Source: Squalus acanthias (taxonomy: Eukaryota). From it: a DNA stretch of 64,000 nucleotides. The translations under genes and the position numbers were made by a program. Below, piece after piece: positions 1 through 11,861 of the stretch. Numbering within the stretch: the stretch's first letter is position 1; the number at the start of each line of letters is the position of its first letter. The DNA lies in NCBI GenBank assembly GCA_030390025.1, contig CM059432.1:138944001-139008000 (forward strand), read 5' to 3'. Under the pieces are notes generated by a model. The model saw only the letters and a program-made list of their open reading frames with translations, was not told the DNA's origin and did not search any database.

Positions 1-432
1 CAGGTCTGGGACCGTTCATCAGAACTGGAAAAAGCTGGAGATGTAACAGATATTAAGCAGGTGCAGAGACAGAGGGGGCGGGGGGGGGGGGGCGGAAGTG
101 GAGGAAGGAATTGAAGGAATATACTGTGCTTTTGTAAGAGGCAGGAAAGATAAAATGTTGCAAATGGGGATGGCAAAATCATACAGCATGAAAAATGGGG
201 GCAGGGGTTATAGTCTGAAATTGTTGAACTCTATGTTGAGTCCAGAAGGCTGTAACATGCCTAATCGAAAGATGAGGTGCTGTTCCTCGAGCTTACGTCG
301 TGCTACATTGGAACAGTGTAAGAGGCCGAGGACAGAGAGATCAGAGTGGGAGTGAAGCGGAGAATTAAAGTGACAGGTGACCGGAAGCTGAGGGTCACCC
401 TTACGGACTGAACGGAGGTGTTCCGCAAAGCG
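1..432 (-). mobile_element. Penelope-like retroelement 3' fragment (GIY-YIG endonuclease C-terminus, 3' UTR, start of hammerhead motif at the window edge)
   Basis: Minus-strand ORF RFAEHLRSVRK..PVTCHFNSPLHSHSDLSVLGL..RKLEEQHLIFRLGMLQPSGLN is typical of the PLE GIY-YIG tail. Bases 1-26 read agtt-CTGATGA-acggtc-cca-gacct-g on the minus strand. Confidence 0.85.
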
Positions 433-1289
433 GACGAAAACGTTATGGTTAGTGAAAGCCGGCACAGGAGCCTGTTTCACTGCGAAAGGAACCACCTTTC
501 CGTTCTTTTGCAGGTTAAGCCGCGTTAATGGTGAAAATAAGTAAGAGTTTACATCCAGCCAGGGTGGTTCAGCCTTAGATAAAATGCCTTAAGGAGTGTA
601 TTTTTTTAATTTATCAAAGTTGATAACTTGAATAAATCCGGTACAATTTACTGTAATACAGTTTAAGTAATGAAAAGAAAAAATCTAATATCAATTTGCA
701 CCCCCCCCCCCCATTATATGTAAATGCACCCTCCTTTCTCCTCGGTCGCCTTAGCACAAAAAATGGCAGCCTGACGCCTGGCAGAGGCAGGGGCTTCGGC
801 TCCCTTGCGTAAGGGACCATGTTCGACCAGTTTAAGCCCCGAAAGGAGTTCCAAAGTCGGCCGGTAGACCCGAGTTCAGGCCGGGGGCGTCCCAATTCGG
901 CAGGAGAGACTAAGTCCCAGCCTGGGTAAATCATGATTTATGACAAGAGAATCAAGACTAGCATCAACCTGAGCAAACACACTTGTCTCTGAATGTAACC
1001 GCAGCGAATGAAGTGACCGACATTTATCAACAGGATTTTACCTCTAAACTGTAACTTTATTCCCCGAGGTACCAGTACCCCATTGAACAATTAACTGTAA
1101 AAGCCTGATGCTGGTTCCCACATGGCTGTCAAGAGGAAACTCGGCGCTTCCACTGATTGGAGCACCAGGCCCACGTGATCCCGGGTACGCTTCCACACAC
1201 GCTGCGCCCCTGGGATCCGTGGGCCATTACGCTGCCCTCCAGTACACAGCGTCAGAGAGCAAGTTCACAAAGGAGGGTCCCCATCAGGT

Positions 1290-2075
1290 AAGAGCGGCCC
1301 AAGAGCGGACCTGCATTAAAGCAACGGCAGCGGCGAGAGGATAAAGAACGGCCCGAGAGCGGACCTGAATTAAAGCAGCGGCAGCGGCGAGAGGATAAAG
1401 AGTGGCCCGAGAGCGGACCTGAATTAAAGCAGCGGCGAGAGGATAAAGAGTGGCCCGAGAGCGGACCTGAATTAAAGCAGCGGCAGCGGCGAGAGGATAA
1501 AGAGTGGCCCGAGAGCGGACCTGAATTAAAGCAGCGGCAGCGGCAAGAGGATAAAGAGCGGCCCGAGAGCGGAGCTGAATTAAAGCAGTGGCAGCGGCGA
1601 GAGGATAAAGAACGGCCCGAGAGCGGACCTGAATTAAAGCAGCGGCAGCGGCGAGAGGATAAAGAGTGGCCCGAGAGCGGACCTGAATTAAAGCAGCGGC
1701 GAGAGGATAAAGAGTGGCCCGAGAGCGGACCTGAATTAAAGCAGCGGCAGCGGCGAGAGGATAAAGAGTGGCCCGAGAGCGGACCTGAATTAAAGCAGCG
1801 GCAGCGGCGAGAGGATAAAGAGCGGCCCGAGAGCGGACCTGAATTAAAGCAGCGGCAGCAGCGAGAAGATAAAGAGCGGCCCGAGAGCGGACCTGAATTA
1901 AAGCAGCGGCAGCGGCGAGAAGATAAAGAGCGGCCCGAGAGCGGACCTGAATTAAAGCAGCGGCAGCGGCGAGAAGATAAAGAGCGGCCCGAGAGCGGAC
2001 CTGCATTAAAGCAGTGGCGAGAGGATAAAGAGCGGCCCGAGAGTGGAATTGAATCAAAGCAGCGGCAGCAGCGAG
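1290..2075 (+). repeat. Tandem array of about 15 units of 54 bp (with 48-bp variants) upstream of CR1 ORF1
   Basis: Unit gagcggacctgaattaaagcagcggcagcggcgagaggataaagagtggcccga. The 18-aa and 16-aa periodicity is visible in the antisense ORF 1284-2096. Confidence 0.97.
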
Positions 2076-2331
2076 GCTCCGATTCAAAAACAACAAAAAA
2101 ATCAGAGTGACGTCACGAGAGCAGGGAGGTGATTGGTTGGTGAGTATTACAGCTTTCCTTTGCTCTCTAAGTTAGGGAAGGTGGTTAAATTAAGAGCTGA
2201 GAAACTGTAACTTGCTAGTACTTATTAATTTAATAACTTGAACTAATTAAAATAATCAAACAATAAAAAACTAAAATATCGATTGAATAAAAGCTTTAAC
2301 TAATTAATTAATAAATAAAACAAGGTTAGAG

Positions 2332-3266
2332 ATGGCAGGGCAGGTGGTGTGTCGTAACTGCAGCATGTGGAAGTTTGTGCAGAGCATCGCGATCCCGAGC
2401 AACCACATCTGCAGTAAGTATCTGCAACTCAAGGAACTTCAGCTCAGAATTGTTGAGCTGGAGTCCGAGCTGCAGACATTGCGATGCATCAGGGAGGGGG
2501 AGAGTTACCTGGACACTTTGTTCCAGGAGGCAGTCACACCCTTTAGGTTAAGTAATACTTCAGAGTTTGTCAGTGGTCAGGGACAGGAGGGTGTGACTGT
2601 GAGTCAGGAAGGTATGGGGACCCAGGATGTAGTGATGAAGGAGCCTCAGCCCTGGACCTTGTCCAACAGCCACGAGGTACTTGCTACTTGTATGGATGAG
2701 GAAAAGGACTGCAGGGAGGATGGGCAAACTGACCACAGCACCATGGTACAGGGCGCCATCCAAGTGGGGGGAGAAGGAAGGAATGTGGTAGTAGTAGGGG
2801 ACAGTATAGTCAGGGGGATAGATACTGTTCTCTGCAGCCATGAAAGAGAGTCCCGAAGGCTGTGTTGCCTGCCAGGTTTAAGGATATCTCCTCGCGGCTG
2901 GAGAAGAACTTGGAGTGGGGAGGATACAGTTGTAGTGGTCCATGTAGAAACCAACGACATAGGTAGAATTAAGAATGAGGTTCTGCTGAGGGAGTTTGAG
3001 GTTTAATAAGCAGAACCTCAAGGGTAATAATCTCTGGATTACTACCTGAGCCATGTGCAAATTGGCATAGGGTCAAGCAGATCAGAGAGTTAAATGCGTG
3101 GCTCAAAGAATGGTGTGGGAAGAAGGGGTTTCAATTCAGGGGGCACTGGCACCAGTACTGGGGAAAGAGGGAGCTGTTCCGTCGTGACGGGCTCCACTTA
3201 AACCAGGCTGGGACCAGCGTCCTGGGAAATCGAATAACTAGGTCTGTAGATAGGGCTTTAAACTAA
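2332..3266 (+). pseudogene. CR1 ORF1 (zinc finger, leucine zipper, SGNH/GDSL esterase), frameshifted
   Basis: Contains CRNC..CSKY (last Cys lost), heptad leucines, VVVVGDSIVRG, VVHVETND, and DGLHLN in another frame near 3195. Stop TAA at 3264-3266. Confidence 0.88.
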
Positions 3267-3450
3267 AAAAGGGGCGGGAGGGGTCAGGTGAGGGGAAATT
3301 TAGAATCTAAAGAGAAAGGTCAAGGCAATAGAGCAGTGTAGCGATTTGGGTAAAATTAAGCAGAGTGTGACAGGAAGCGACAGAGAGTTTAACGACAGCA
3401 GTGTAGCAGAGAATAAGGTCCAAGCAGGGAATAATGGTAAAAAATTTAAA

Positions 3451-6246
3451 TTAAAGGCTCTTTATCTGAATGCATGAAGCATTCGTAACAAGATAGATGA
3501 ACTCGTGGCACAAATAGAGATAAATGGGTTTGATCTAATAGCCATTACAGGGACGTGGTTGCAAGGTGACCAAGGTTCCAGGGTACTTGACGTTTCGAAA
3601 AGACAGGCAAAATGGAAAAGGAGGGGGAGTAGTCCTGATAATAAAGGTTGACATAAAGACAGTGGAGAGAAAGGATCTCGGCTCAGAAGATCAGGAAGTA
3701 GAATCAGTATGGGTGGAGATAAGGAGTAACAAGGGGCAGAAAACACTGGTGGGAGTAGTATATAGACCCCCTAACAGTAGCTATACCGTTGGACAGAATA
3801 TTAATCAGAAAATAGTAGGAGCTTGTAACAAAGGTAATGCAATAATCGTGGGGGACTTTAATCTTCATATAGACTGGACAAATCAAATTGGCAAAGTAGC
3901 CTGGAGGACGAGTTCAAGGAATGGATTCAGGACAGTTTCCTAGAACAATACGTCATGGTACCAACCAGGGAACAGGCTATTTTAGATCTTGTACTGTGTA
4001 ATGAGGCAGGGTTAATTAGCAATCTCATAGTAAAGGATCCTGTAGTGCAGAGTGATCATAATGATAGAATTTCACGTTAAGTTTGAGAGTGACTTGCCCA
4101 AGTCCGAAACTAGAGTCTTAAACTTAAATAAAGCCAATTACATAGGTATGAGGGGCGAGTTGGCTAAGGTAGTTTGGAAAAATAGATTAAAAAGGTATGG
4201 CGGTAGATAAGCAGTGGCTAGCATTTAAAGAAATATTTCTTAGTTCTCAACAAAAATACATTCCATTGAGAAACAAAAATTCCACAGGAAAAGTGATCCA
4301 ACTGTGGCTAACTAAAGAAGTTAAGGATAGCATTAGATTGAAAGAAGAAGCTTATAATGTTGCAAAGAATAGTAGTAAGCCTGAGGATTGGGAGAGTTTC
4401 AGAAACCAGCAAAGGATGACCAAAACATTGATAAAAAGGGAAAAAATAGAATGCGAGAGAAAACTCGCAAGAAATATAAAAGCAGATTGTAAGAGCTTCT
4501 ACAAGTATGTAAAAAGGAAGAGAGTAGCAAAAGTAAACATTGGTCCCTTAGAGGCTGAGACAGGAGAAATTATTATGGGGAATAAGGAAATGGCAGAAAC
4601 ATTAAACAAATATTTTATATCTGTCTTCACAGTAGAAGACACAAAAAACATACCAAAAATGGTGGGGAACCAAGGATCTGATGAGGATGAGGAACTTAAC
4701 GTAATTAATATAAGTAGAGAAAAAGTACTAGAGAAACTAATGGGACTAAAAGCCGACAAATCCCCTGGACCTGACGGCCTATATCCTAGGGTTCTAAAAG
4801 AGGTGGCTGAAGAGATCGTGGATGCAATGGTTTTGATCTTCCAAAATTCCCTAGATTCTAGAACGGTCCCAGCGGATTGGAAGGTCGCAAATGTAACACA
4901 GCTATTCAAGAAAGGAGGGAGAGAGAAAACAGGGAACTACAGGCCAGTTAGCCTGACATCAGTCGTCGGGAAAATGCTGGAATCCATTGTTAAGGAAGTG
5001 GTATCAGGGCACTTAGAAAATCATAACATGATTAGGCAGAGTCAACGTGGTTTTATGAAAAGGAAATCGTGTTTGACAAATTTAATAGAGTTTTTTGAGG
5101 ATGTAACTAGCAGGGTAGATAAAGGGGAACCAGTGAATGTAGTATATTTGGTTTTCAAAAAGGCATTCAATAAGGTGCCACATAAAAGGTGATTACACAA
5201 GATTAGGGCTCATGGGGTTGGGGGTAATATAGTAGCATGGATAGAGGATTGGCTAAGGGACAGAAAACAGAGAGTATGGATAAACGGATCTTTTTCAGGT
5301 TGACAGGCTGTAACTAGTGGGATGCCGCAAGGATCAGTGTTGGGGCCTCAGCTATTTACAATCTATATTAATGACCTAGAAGAAGGGACCGATTGTAATA
5401 TATCCAAGTTTGCTGACTATACAAAGCTAGGTGGGACAGCAAGCTGTGAGGAGAACACAAAGAGTCTGCAAAGGGATATAGATAGACTAAGTGAGTCGGC
5501 AGTAAGGTGGAAGATGGAGTATAATGTAGGGAAATGTGAGGTTATTCACTTTGGTAGGAAGAATAGAAAAACAGAATATTTTTAAATGGTGAGAAACTTT
5601 CAAATGTTGGTGTTCAGAGGATTTGGGTGTCCTTGTGCAAGAAACACAGAAAGCTAGCATGCAGTTACAGCAAGCAATAAGGAAGGCAAATGGCATGTTG
5701 GTCTTTATTGCAAGGGGGTTGGAGTATAAGCGTAAGGAAGTCTTGCTGCAATTGTACAGGGCCTTGGTGAGACCACACCTGGAGTACTGTGCAAGGTTTT
5801 GGTCTCCATATCTAAGGAAGGGTATACTTGCCTTGCAGGCGGTGCAACGAAGGTTCACTAGATTGATTCCTCGGATAAGGAGGCTGTCCTATGATGAGAG
5901 ATTGTGTAGAATGGGCCTATGCTCTCTGGAGTTTAGAAGAATGAGAGGTGATCTCATTGAAACATACAAGATTCTGAAGGGGATTGACAGGGTAGATGCT
6001 GAGAGGTTGCTTCCCCTGTCTGGAGTGTTTAGAACTAGGTGGCATAGTCTCAGGATAAGGGGTAGGCCATTTAAGACCGAGATGAGGAGGAATTTCTTCA
6101 CTCTGAGGGTTGTGAATCTTAGGAATTCTCTGCCCCAGAGGGCTGTGAAAGCTGAGTCTTTGAGTATATTCAAGGCTGAGATAGATAGATTTTTGGACTC
6201 TAGGGGAATCAAGGGATATGGAGATTGGGCGGGAAAGTGGAGTTGA
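3451..6246 (+). pseudogene. CR1 ORF2 (APE endonuclease plus reverse transcriptase), disrupted
   Basis: Contains YLNA*SIRNK, VGVVYRPP, VGDFN, KSPGPDG, NYRPVSLTS, PQGSVLGP, KFADY (catalytic DD changed to DY) and RPHLEYC. It is split by several stops and frameshifts. Confidence 0.95.
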
Positions 6247-6339
6247 GGTCGATGATTAGCCATGATCTTATTGAATGGAGGGGGGCCATATGGCCGACTC
6301 CTGCTCCTATTTCTTATTTTCTTATGCAAGTTCATATTC

Positions 6340-6598
6340 TAAAAAGAAAAGAAAGACTTACATTTATGTAGCGCCTTTCATGACCACCGGACGTCTCAAA
6401 GCGTTTTACAGTCAATGAAGTACTTTTTTTTTTAATGTAGTCACTGTTGTAATGTGGGAAATGCGGCAGCCAATTTGTGCACAGCAAGCTCCCACAAACA
6501 GCAATGTGATAATGACCAGATAATCTGTTTTTGTTATGTTGATTGAGAATTAAATATTGGCCAGGACACCGGGGATAACTCCCCTGCTCTATTCGAAT
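6340..6598 (-). mobile_element. SacSINE1/DeuSINE-like SINE, 3' half
   Basis: Reverse complement of the 3' part of the SINE at 61905-62335, including the L2-like tail. Confidence 0.8.
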
Positions 6599-6830
6599 GT
6601 CCCGCCGCCGACCGCAAGATCTGCCCCAAGATTGTACAGGACTGTAAATGAGCATGACACTCCATCAGACCATCCTCAAAATCAAGAAAATATTATACAT
6701 CCCTTTATCTTTCATGTCCTTCAATTGCTTCCCTTGGCAAATATCTATCCAGCACCCTATTGAATTTACCAACACAATCCACCACCACACATTCGCTACG
6801 CTTTGTGTAAAGCAGCTAAAGTTAAACTGT

Positions 6831-7426
6831 TTTGAGTATAAGAGTAAAGACGTCTTACTGCAATTATATAGGGCCCTGGTGAGACCACACCTGGAGTATT
6901 GTGTGCAGTTTTGGTCTCCTTACCTAAGGAAGGATATACTTGCCATAGAGGGAGTGCAACGAAGGTTCACCAGACTGGTTCCTGGGATGGGGGGATTGTC
7001 CTATGAGGAGAGATTGAGTAGACTAGGCCTATATTCTCTAGAGTTTAGAAGAATGAGAGGTGATCTCATTGAAACATACAAAATTCATACAGGGCTTGAC
7101 AGGGTAGATGCAGGGAGGATGTTTCCCCTGGCTGGGGAATCTAGAACCAGGGGTCACAGTCTCAGCAGATGAGGAGAAATTTCTTCACTCAGAAGGTGGT
7201 GAATCTTTAGAATTCTCTACCCCAGAGGGTTGTGGAGGCTCAGTCGTTGAGTATATTCAAGACAGAGATCGATAGATTTTTGAATATTAAGGGAATCAAG
7301 GGATATGGGGATAGTGCAGGAAAATGGAGTTGAGGTTCAAGATCAGCCATGATCTTATTGAATCGCGGAGCAGGCTCGAAGGGCCAAATGGCCGACTCCT
7401 GCTCCTATTTCTTATGTTCTTATGTT
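6831..7426 (+). mobile_element. 5'-truncated CR1 fragment inserted in an older minus-strand CR1 remnant (about 6650-7610)
   Basis: Contains [35 protein letters not shown] and the tail ttcttatgttcttatg, with an internal deletion near 7165. Confidence 0.9.
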
Positions 7427-8134
7427 TACTTTTTTTCTTCTGAATTTAGATCCATATTCTCTTGTAGAGTTTGTAATATCAACCTGCATTACTAGGATTC
7501 AGTTTGTTTATACCCCTCTTAGGATCTGGAAAACTTCAATTGGATCTCCCTAAGCCCCCTCCTCTGAAATATAAATTTCCCCAATTTCCATAGCCTTCTT
7601 CACGGTTTGCTTGCCATGTCCCAGTTATCGAGTTGGGGTGTATTTACACTGCAGCTACCGACCGGTCAGTCTCAGATTGGTAGCTACACTTCAGGTTTTA
7701 GCGAGATACTTTCACTGCCTGATTGTATCTGGATATTCTGCTACCCAGGAGAGGGCTCTGCACGTGCATTCATGTGCAAAGATCCTCTCCCAGCAGTTAA
7801 ATTGTAAACATTTAGACAGTACGAGTGGCAGCGTCGACATTCTATAAACATTTAAATTAATTACAGTTCCGTATAAAAGTTGTCCACAGGGTCCAAGAGA
7901 TCCATGGGGGTAACTCTTGCACTCGCTTTAAACTCCACGTAAAACTATCTGCACCGTGGAATCTCAATCTGCTTCAGCCCTGAATTAGGTCAGGCCTCGG
8001 CTCTAGAATAATGTTACAAGTTGAGCATTAGCTCTATACCCACTAGAATTGTAGTGTAACTGCCCCCATTCTGGCCTCTCACTGCAACCTCCCCAAATCC
8101 AAGATGTCCCTACTATAGACAACCAGAATTGTAT

Positions 8135-8720
8135 GCATAGAAACATAGAAAAATAGGAGCAGGCCATTCGGCCCTTCGCGCCTGCTCCGCCATTTAATAT
8201 GATCACGGCTGATCCTCTATCTCAATACCATATTCCTGCTCTCTCCCCATACACCTTGATGCCTTTTGTGTCTTGAAATCTATCTATCTCCTTCTTAAAT
8301 ATATTCAGTGACTTGGCCTCCACAGCCTTCTGTGGTAGAGAATTCCACAGGTTCACTACTCTCTGAGTGAAGAAATTTCTCCTCATCTCAGTCCTAAATG
8401 TCCTACCCCGTATCCTGAGATTGTGACCCCTCATTCTAGACCCCCCAGCCAGGGGAAACATCCTCCCTGCATCCAGTCTGACTAGCCCTGTCAGAATTTT
8501 ATACGTTTCAATGAGATCCCCTCTCATTCTTCTAAACTAGTGAATACAGGCCTAGTCGACCCAATCTCTCCTCATACGACAGTCCTGCCATCCCAGGAAT
8601 CAGTCTGGTGAACCTTCGCTGCACTCCCTCTATGGCAAGTATATCCTTTCTTAGGTAAAGAGACCAAAACTGCACACAGTACTCCAGGTGTGGTCTCACC
8701 AAGGCCCTGTATAACTGCAG
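8135..8720 (-). mobile_element. CR1 3' fragment
   Basis: Minus-strand ORF MRGDLIETYKIL..RRNFFTQRVVNLWNSLP followed by a CR1 tail. Confidence 0.9.
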
Positions 8721-8799
8721 TGCTCCAGGTGGAGCTGGACCAGTGCTCTGTACTTTCTTGGACCTTTAACGCTGCATCCTTGGAAAAATAGAAAGTCAC

Positions 8800-10680
8800 A
8801 AGGATGTAAAAGTTGTTAAGTCTATCGAACCCACCTTACTGCTGTGTGAGCAGTTATAACAGATGATGAGTTTCTCTTCAAAGTGAAATTGGACAAGTAC
8901 CTTGAAGAAATCTAACCTACTTGCCCCTTCAACCTTCCTTGGTAAGCTATTCCAAAAATTAACTACCCTCTCAGTGAAGTAAAGCTTTCTCACATCCCAC
9001 CTGAAATGACCACTCTTCAACTTACACTTGTGACCCTTGTTCTGCTACCTTGCAGCAAATTAAATATTTCGGACCGATTCTCTACATTCCTGAGTCTTAT
9101 TAATTTGCATACCTCCATCATATCTCACCTCAGTCTTCTGTCCAAAGATTGCCAGTTCAGCGAGACTATACCTATATGTTTTATTCTGTAGTCCCCTCAT
9201 CATTCAAAGTAGCTCTTCTCTGCACCTTTTCCAGCTCAGCTACATCCTTCCTGCAATGAGGGTTCCAGAAGTGCATACAAGACTTCAGGTGCAGACTGAG
9301 AAACAATGGGCCGAATTTTGCGGTGGTAATGATAGCAAAACTGTCAGCATACGCAGTCATTACCCCTCTGAAACGGACAGCAACTTCAGGATTTAGCGCA
9401 TGCGCAGATAAACGCGGGAATCCTGAAGTTGGAGTTCCCCCGCCAACAAATCCCTGTTTATAAAGACACTACGTTTGACATTCTCCAGGTCTCTGGCACC
9501 ACTCTGTTATTTAAGAAATTCCTCAATGTTAGTGCCAGAACTCAGTACATCCCAACCTTCCCAGATGGTGCATTCACTTAGATCTTATTCAAGTAGCTTG
9601 CCAACATCTCTGCAGTACTGTTAATTGTATTACACTCCTTGTTCTCACTACCTTGGAGCATCAATTTTCCTACAGTCCCTGTACTATCCTGATCCCTTGT
9701 AAATACAGAACGAAAGAACTCATGCAATTTTTCAGCCATGTCCACATTTTCACGAATCTCAACCCCATTCTGAGAAGCCAGTGGAACCATATTCTTGTGC
9801 TTCCTCTCTTAAATGCCGTTGTACACGGTGCTGATTGTTTCACCACTTGATCACGAGCATCCCCAGAACCCTTGCCTGCGTTGAGTCCGATAGACTCGTA
9901 CTAATTAGCCAATATGCTCACTGCTTATTCCCTTTCCTCAATTTCATCACTCTGTAGTTATCAGCATTGAATGGCATTTGCCACTTAACAGCCAAACTTC
10001 CCAATCTATCCAAATTCTCTCCATTTTGTCAGCGTATTCCCCGTTATTTGCAAGGCCCGCCTAGTTTGGTGTCAAGTCAACTTAGACAGTTTTCTGTCTC
10101 CATTTCCAAATAATTTACGTACATTATAAACTACTGCCACTGCACTGATCTCTGAGGCACGTCACTGGTCATCTTGCTCCATATCTGTGGCTCCATGGAC
10201 GAATGCCTGCTGCTTCTTCTAATTCAACCAATTTCCAATCCACTTCAGAAGCTGCACCCTTATTCCATGCCTTCCAACCTTGTGGATCACTCTCCTAAAT
10301 GACATTGTGTCAAAAGCTTTGCTTAAGTCTAAATATATTATACCCACTGTGTTCCCATGTCCACCCAATCAGTTATTTCTTTGAAAATCTCCAATATAAC
10401 TGTTAAGCATGATTTCCCTTTCCATAAAGCCATACTAACTCCCTCTTATTATTCAATATGTCTCCATTTGTTTTATTATTCCCTCTTTCAGGATGCCTTC
10501 CGGTATTTCAGCTACCACAGGTGCTGAGCACATTGGCATTAAATTCCCAGGATTATGTTTCTGCCCATTTTTTATAAATTGACGTGATCCTCCGGTAATA
10601 TTCCTGTTTCCAATGATTTCACTGAAGATACCTGCCAGATTCTGACTGATTTCATTGGCTATTTCCGGGTGGCTTGTTCG
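8800..10680 (-). mobile_element. Old, highly decayed CR1 ORF2 remnant with insertions
   Basis: Contains DVRKLYFTERVVNFWNSLP and MAEKLHEFFRSVFT, plus a decayed LDLSKAFD-like segment near 10310-10335. Confidence 0.7.
9307..9434 (+). mobile_element. Left-end fragment of a Harbinger-like MITE (same family as 40274-41637)
   Basis: tgggccgaattttg...cggacagcaacttcaggattt..gcatgcgcagataaacgcgg is shared with 40274-40390. Confidence 0.6.
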
Positions 10681-10834
10681 CCTTTCAGCCTGTCATCTCT
10701 TTATTTGCAATTTCTATCATTCTAAATATTTCCTCAGCTCACGCTGGGAATTCTATCTTTCTATTGGACAAGGGGCCCCTTGCTTCATTTGATGAAAGAT
10801 ATAAAGAAGTCATTGAGGATATCCTACCTGCTGA

Positions 10835-10992
10835 AATAGATACATTTAAAGGGGAAGCTAGATAAGTAGATGAGGGAGAAAGGAATAGAAAGATACGCTG
10901 ATGGGATTCGATGAAGTAGGGGTGAGAGGAGGCTCGTGTGGAGCAGAAACATGGACTGGTTGGGCCGAATGGCCTGTTGCTGTGCTGTAAAT
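10835..10992 (+). mobile_element. Old CR1 3' end
   Basis: atagatacatttaaaggggaagctagataagta...gggccgaatggcctgttgctgtgctgtaa. Similar copies lie at 34855-35222, 35970-36175, 46088-46190 (-) and 50325-50530 (-). Confidence 0.75.
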
Positions 10993-11861
10993 GCGATGGA
11001 ATTTTATGTAAATAAAGCACGATTGAAAATATAACTTTTAATTACAATTCAGTTTAATGTGCATCACTATTGCAAAATGCATGTTAGGTCATTGAAACAA
11101 CAGTAGCTGAAAGCCAGATGTGACCTAGCAACCCAGGTGTTCAGGAAAAATGCTGTTAACAGTAAGGATTGATGATCTAATCAAAATGTCACACTCAGAT
11201 CCTCAGCAGGGTGGTTTTTGAGTGGGGTGAGGAGGATAATATTCAGCGGCTTAACTCATGCTTAGTATTATGGTAAATCAATGCTGACATTTTCAATTGT
11301 GAAAAGATTTTCTTTTCCCTAAATAACATAGGAAACAACTCTCTCAGCCTTCCGGAGAAAGTCATTCAATCAGCGAAATAGTGCGCAAGCCAAACTCTTC
11401 AAAGACCAGATTTAAGGGGAAAAAATTAAGATTATGAATGTTAAAACTCACAAAAAAAAGTTAAAACAAGGCATGCATCTATTCACCTTATGAATGGACC
11501 GCAAATGTTTTTAAAGGGGTTTTTGCTTTTATATTTTAACATCGTACAAAAAAGCTTCTGGTGCAGATTTATATACATCATATATACACATACATGCATT
11601 CATAAATATATGTACACATATATACGTGCAACAAATAAGAGTATTTTAGTTTCCAACTGATGAATCATCAGTTAATATTCTTATAGAATACTAAGTATTA
11701 TAATGTACAAGCTAATATTTTATATTTAAATAAATCTAGAGAGCCATTTTTTCAGATCAGTCAAGTGGCACTGAGCATACTTACTTATATTTATTTTTGA
11801 GTTGCGAATTCTTGAAAAAATAACACTAACCAATCAGACCAGATTCAATTCCATACTACAT

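Larger units (their letters stand above)
1284..6327 (+). mobile_element. Near full-length, inactivated CR1-clade LINE (5' tandem array, ORF1, ORF2, 3' tail)
   Basis: ORF1 and ORF2 remnants are collinear and end in the CR1 tail ctcctgctcctatttcttattttcttatg. The true 5' boundary is uncertain and may extend to about 1100. Confidence 0.92.

Noticed and set aside
790..840. tRNA gene
   Set aside because: Only 51 nt between the paired ends, with no D-arm or proper anticodon and T arms.
1284..2096. 270-aa Ala-rich repeat ORF, or a CRISPR-like array
   Set aside because: Units are contiguous with no unique spacers and there are no cas genes. The ORF is a by-product of 54/48-bp units, both multiples of 3, that lack stops on one strand.
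2332..6246. Active retrotransposon
   Set aside because: Multiple stops and frameshifts, and the RT catalytic motif reads FADY.
7635..8067. Harbinger-like element bounded by ggggtgtatttacactgca / tgtagtgtaactgcccc
   Set aside because: The inverted repeat is too imperfect and there is no TSD or second copy, so it is not called.
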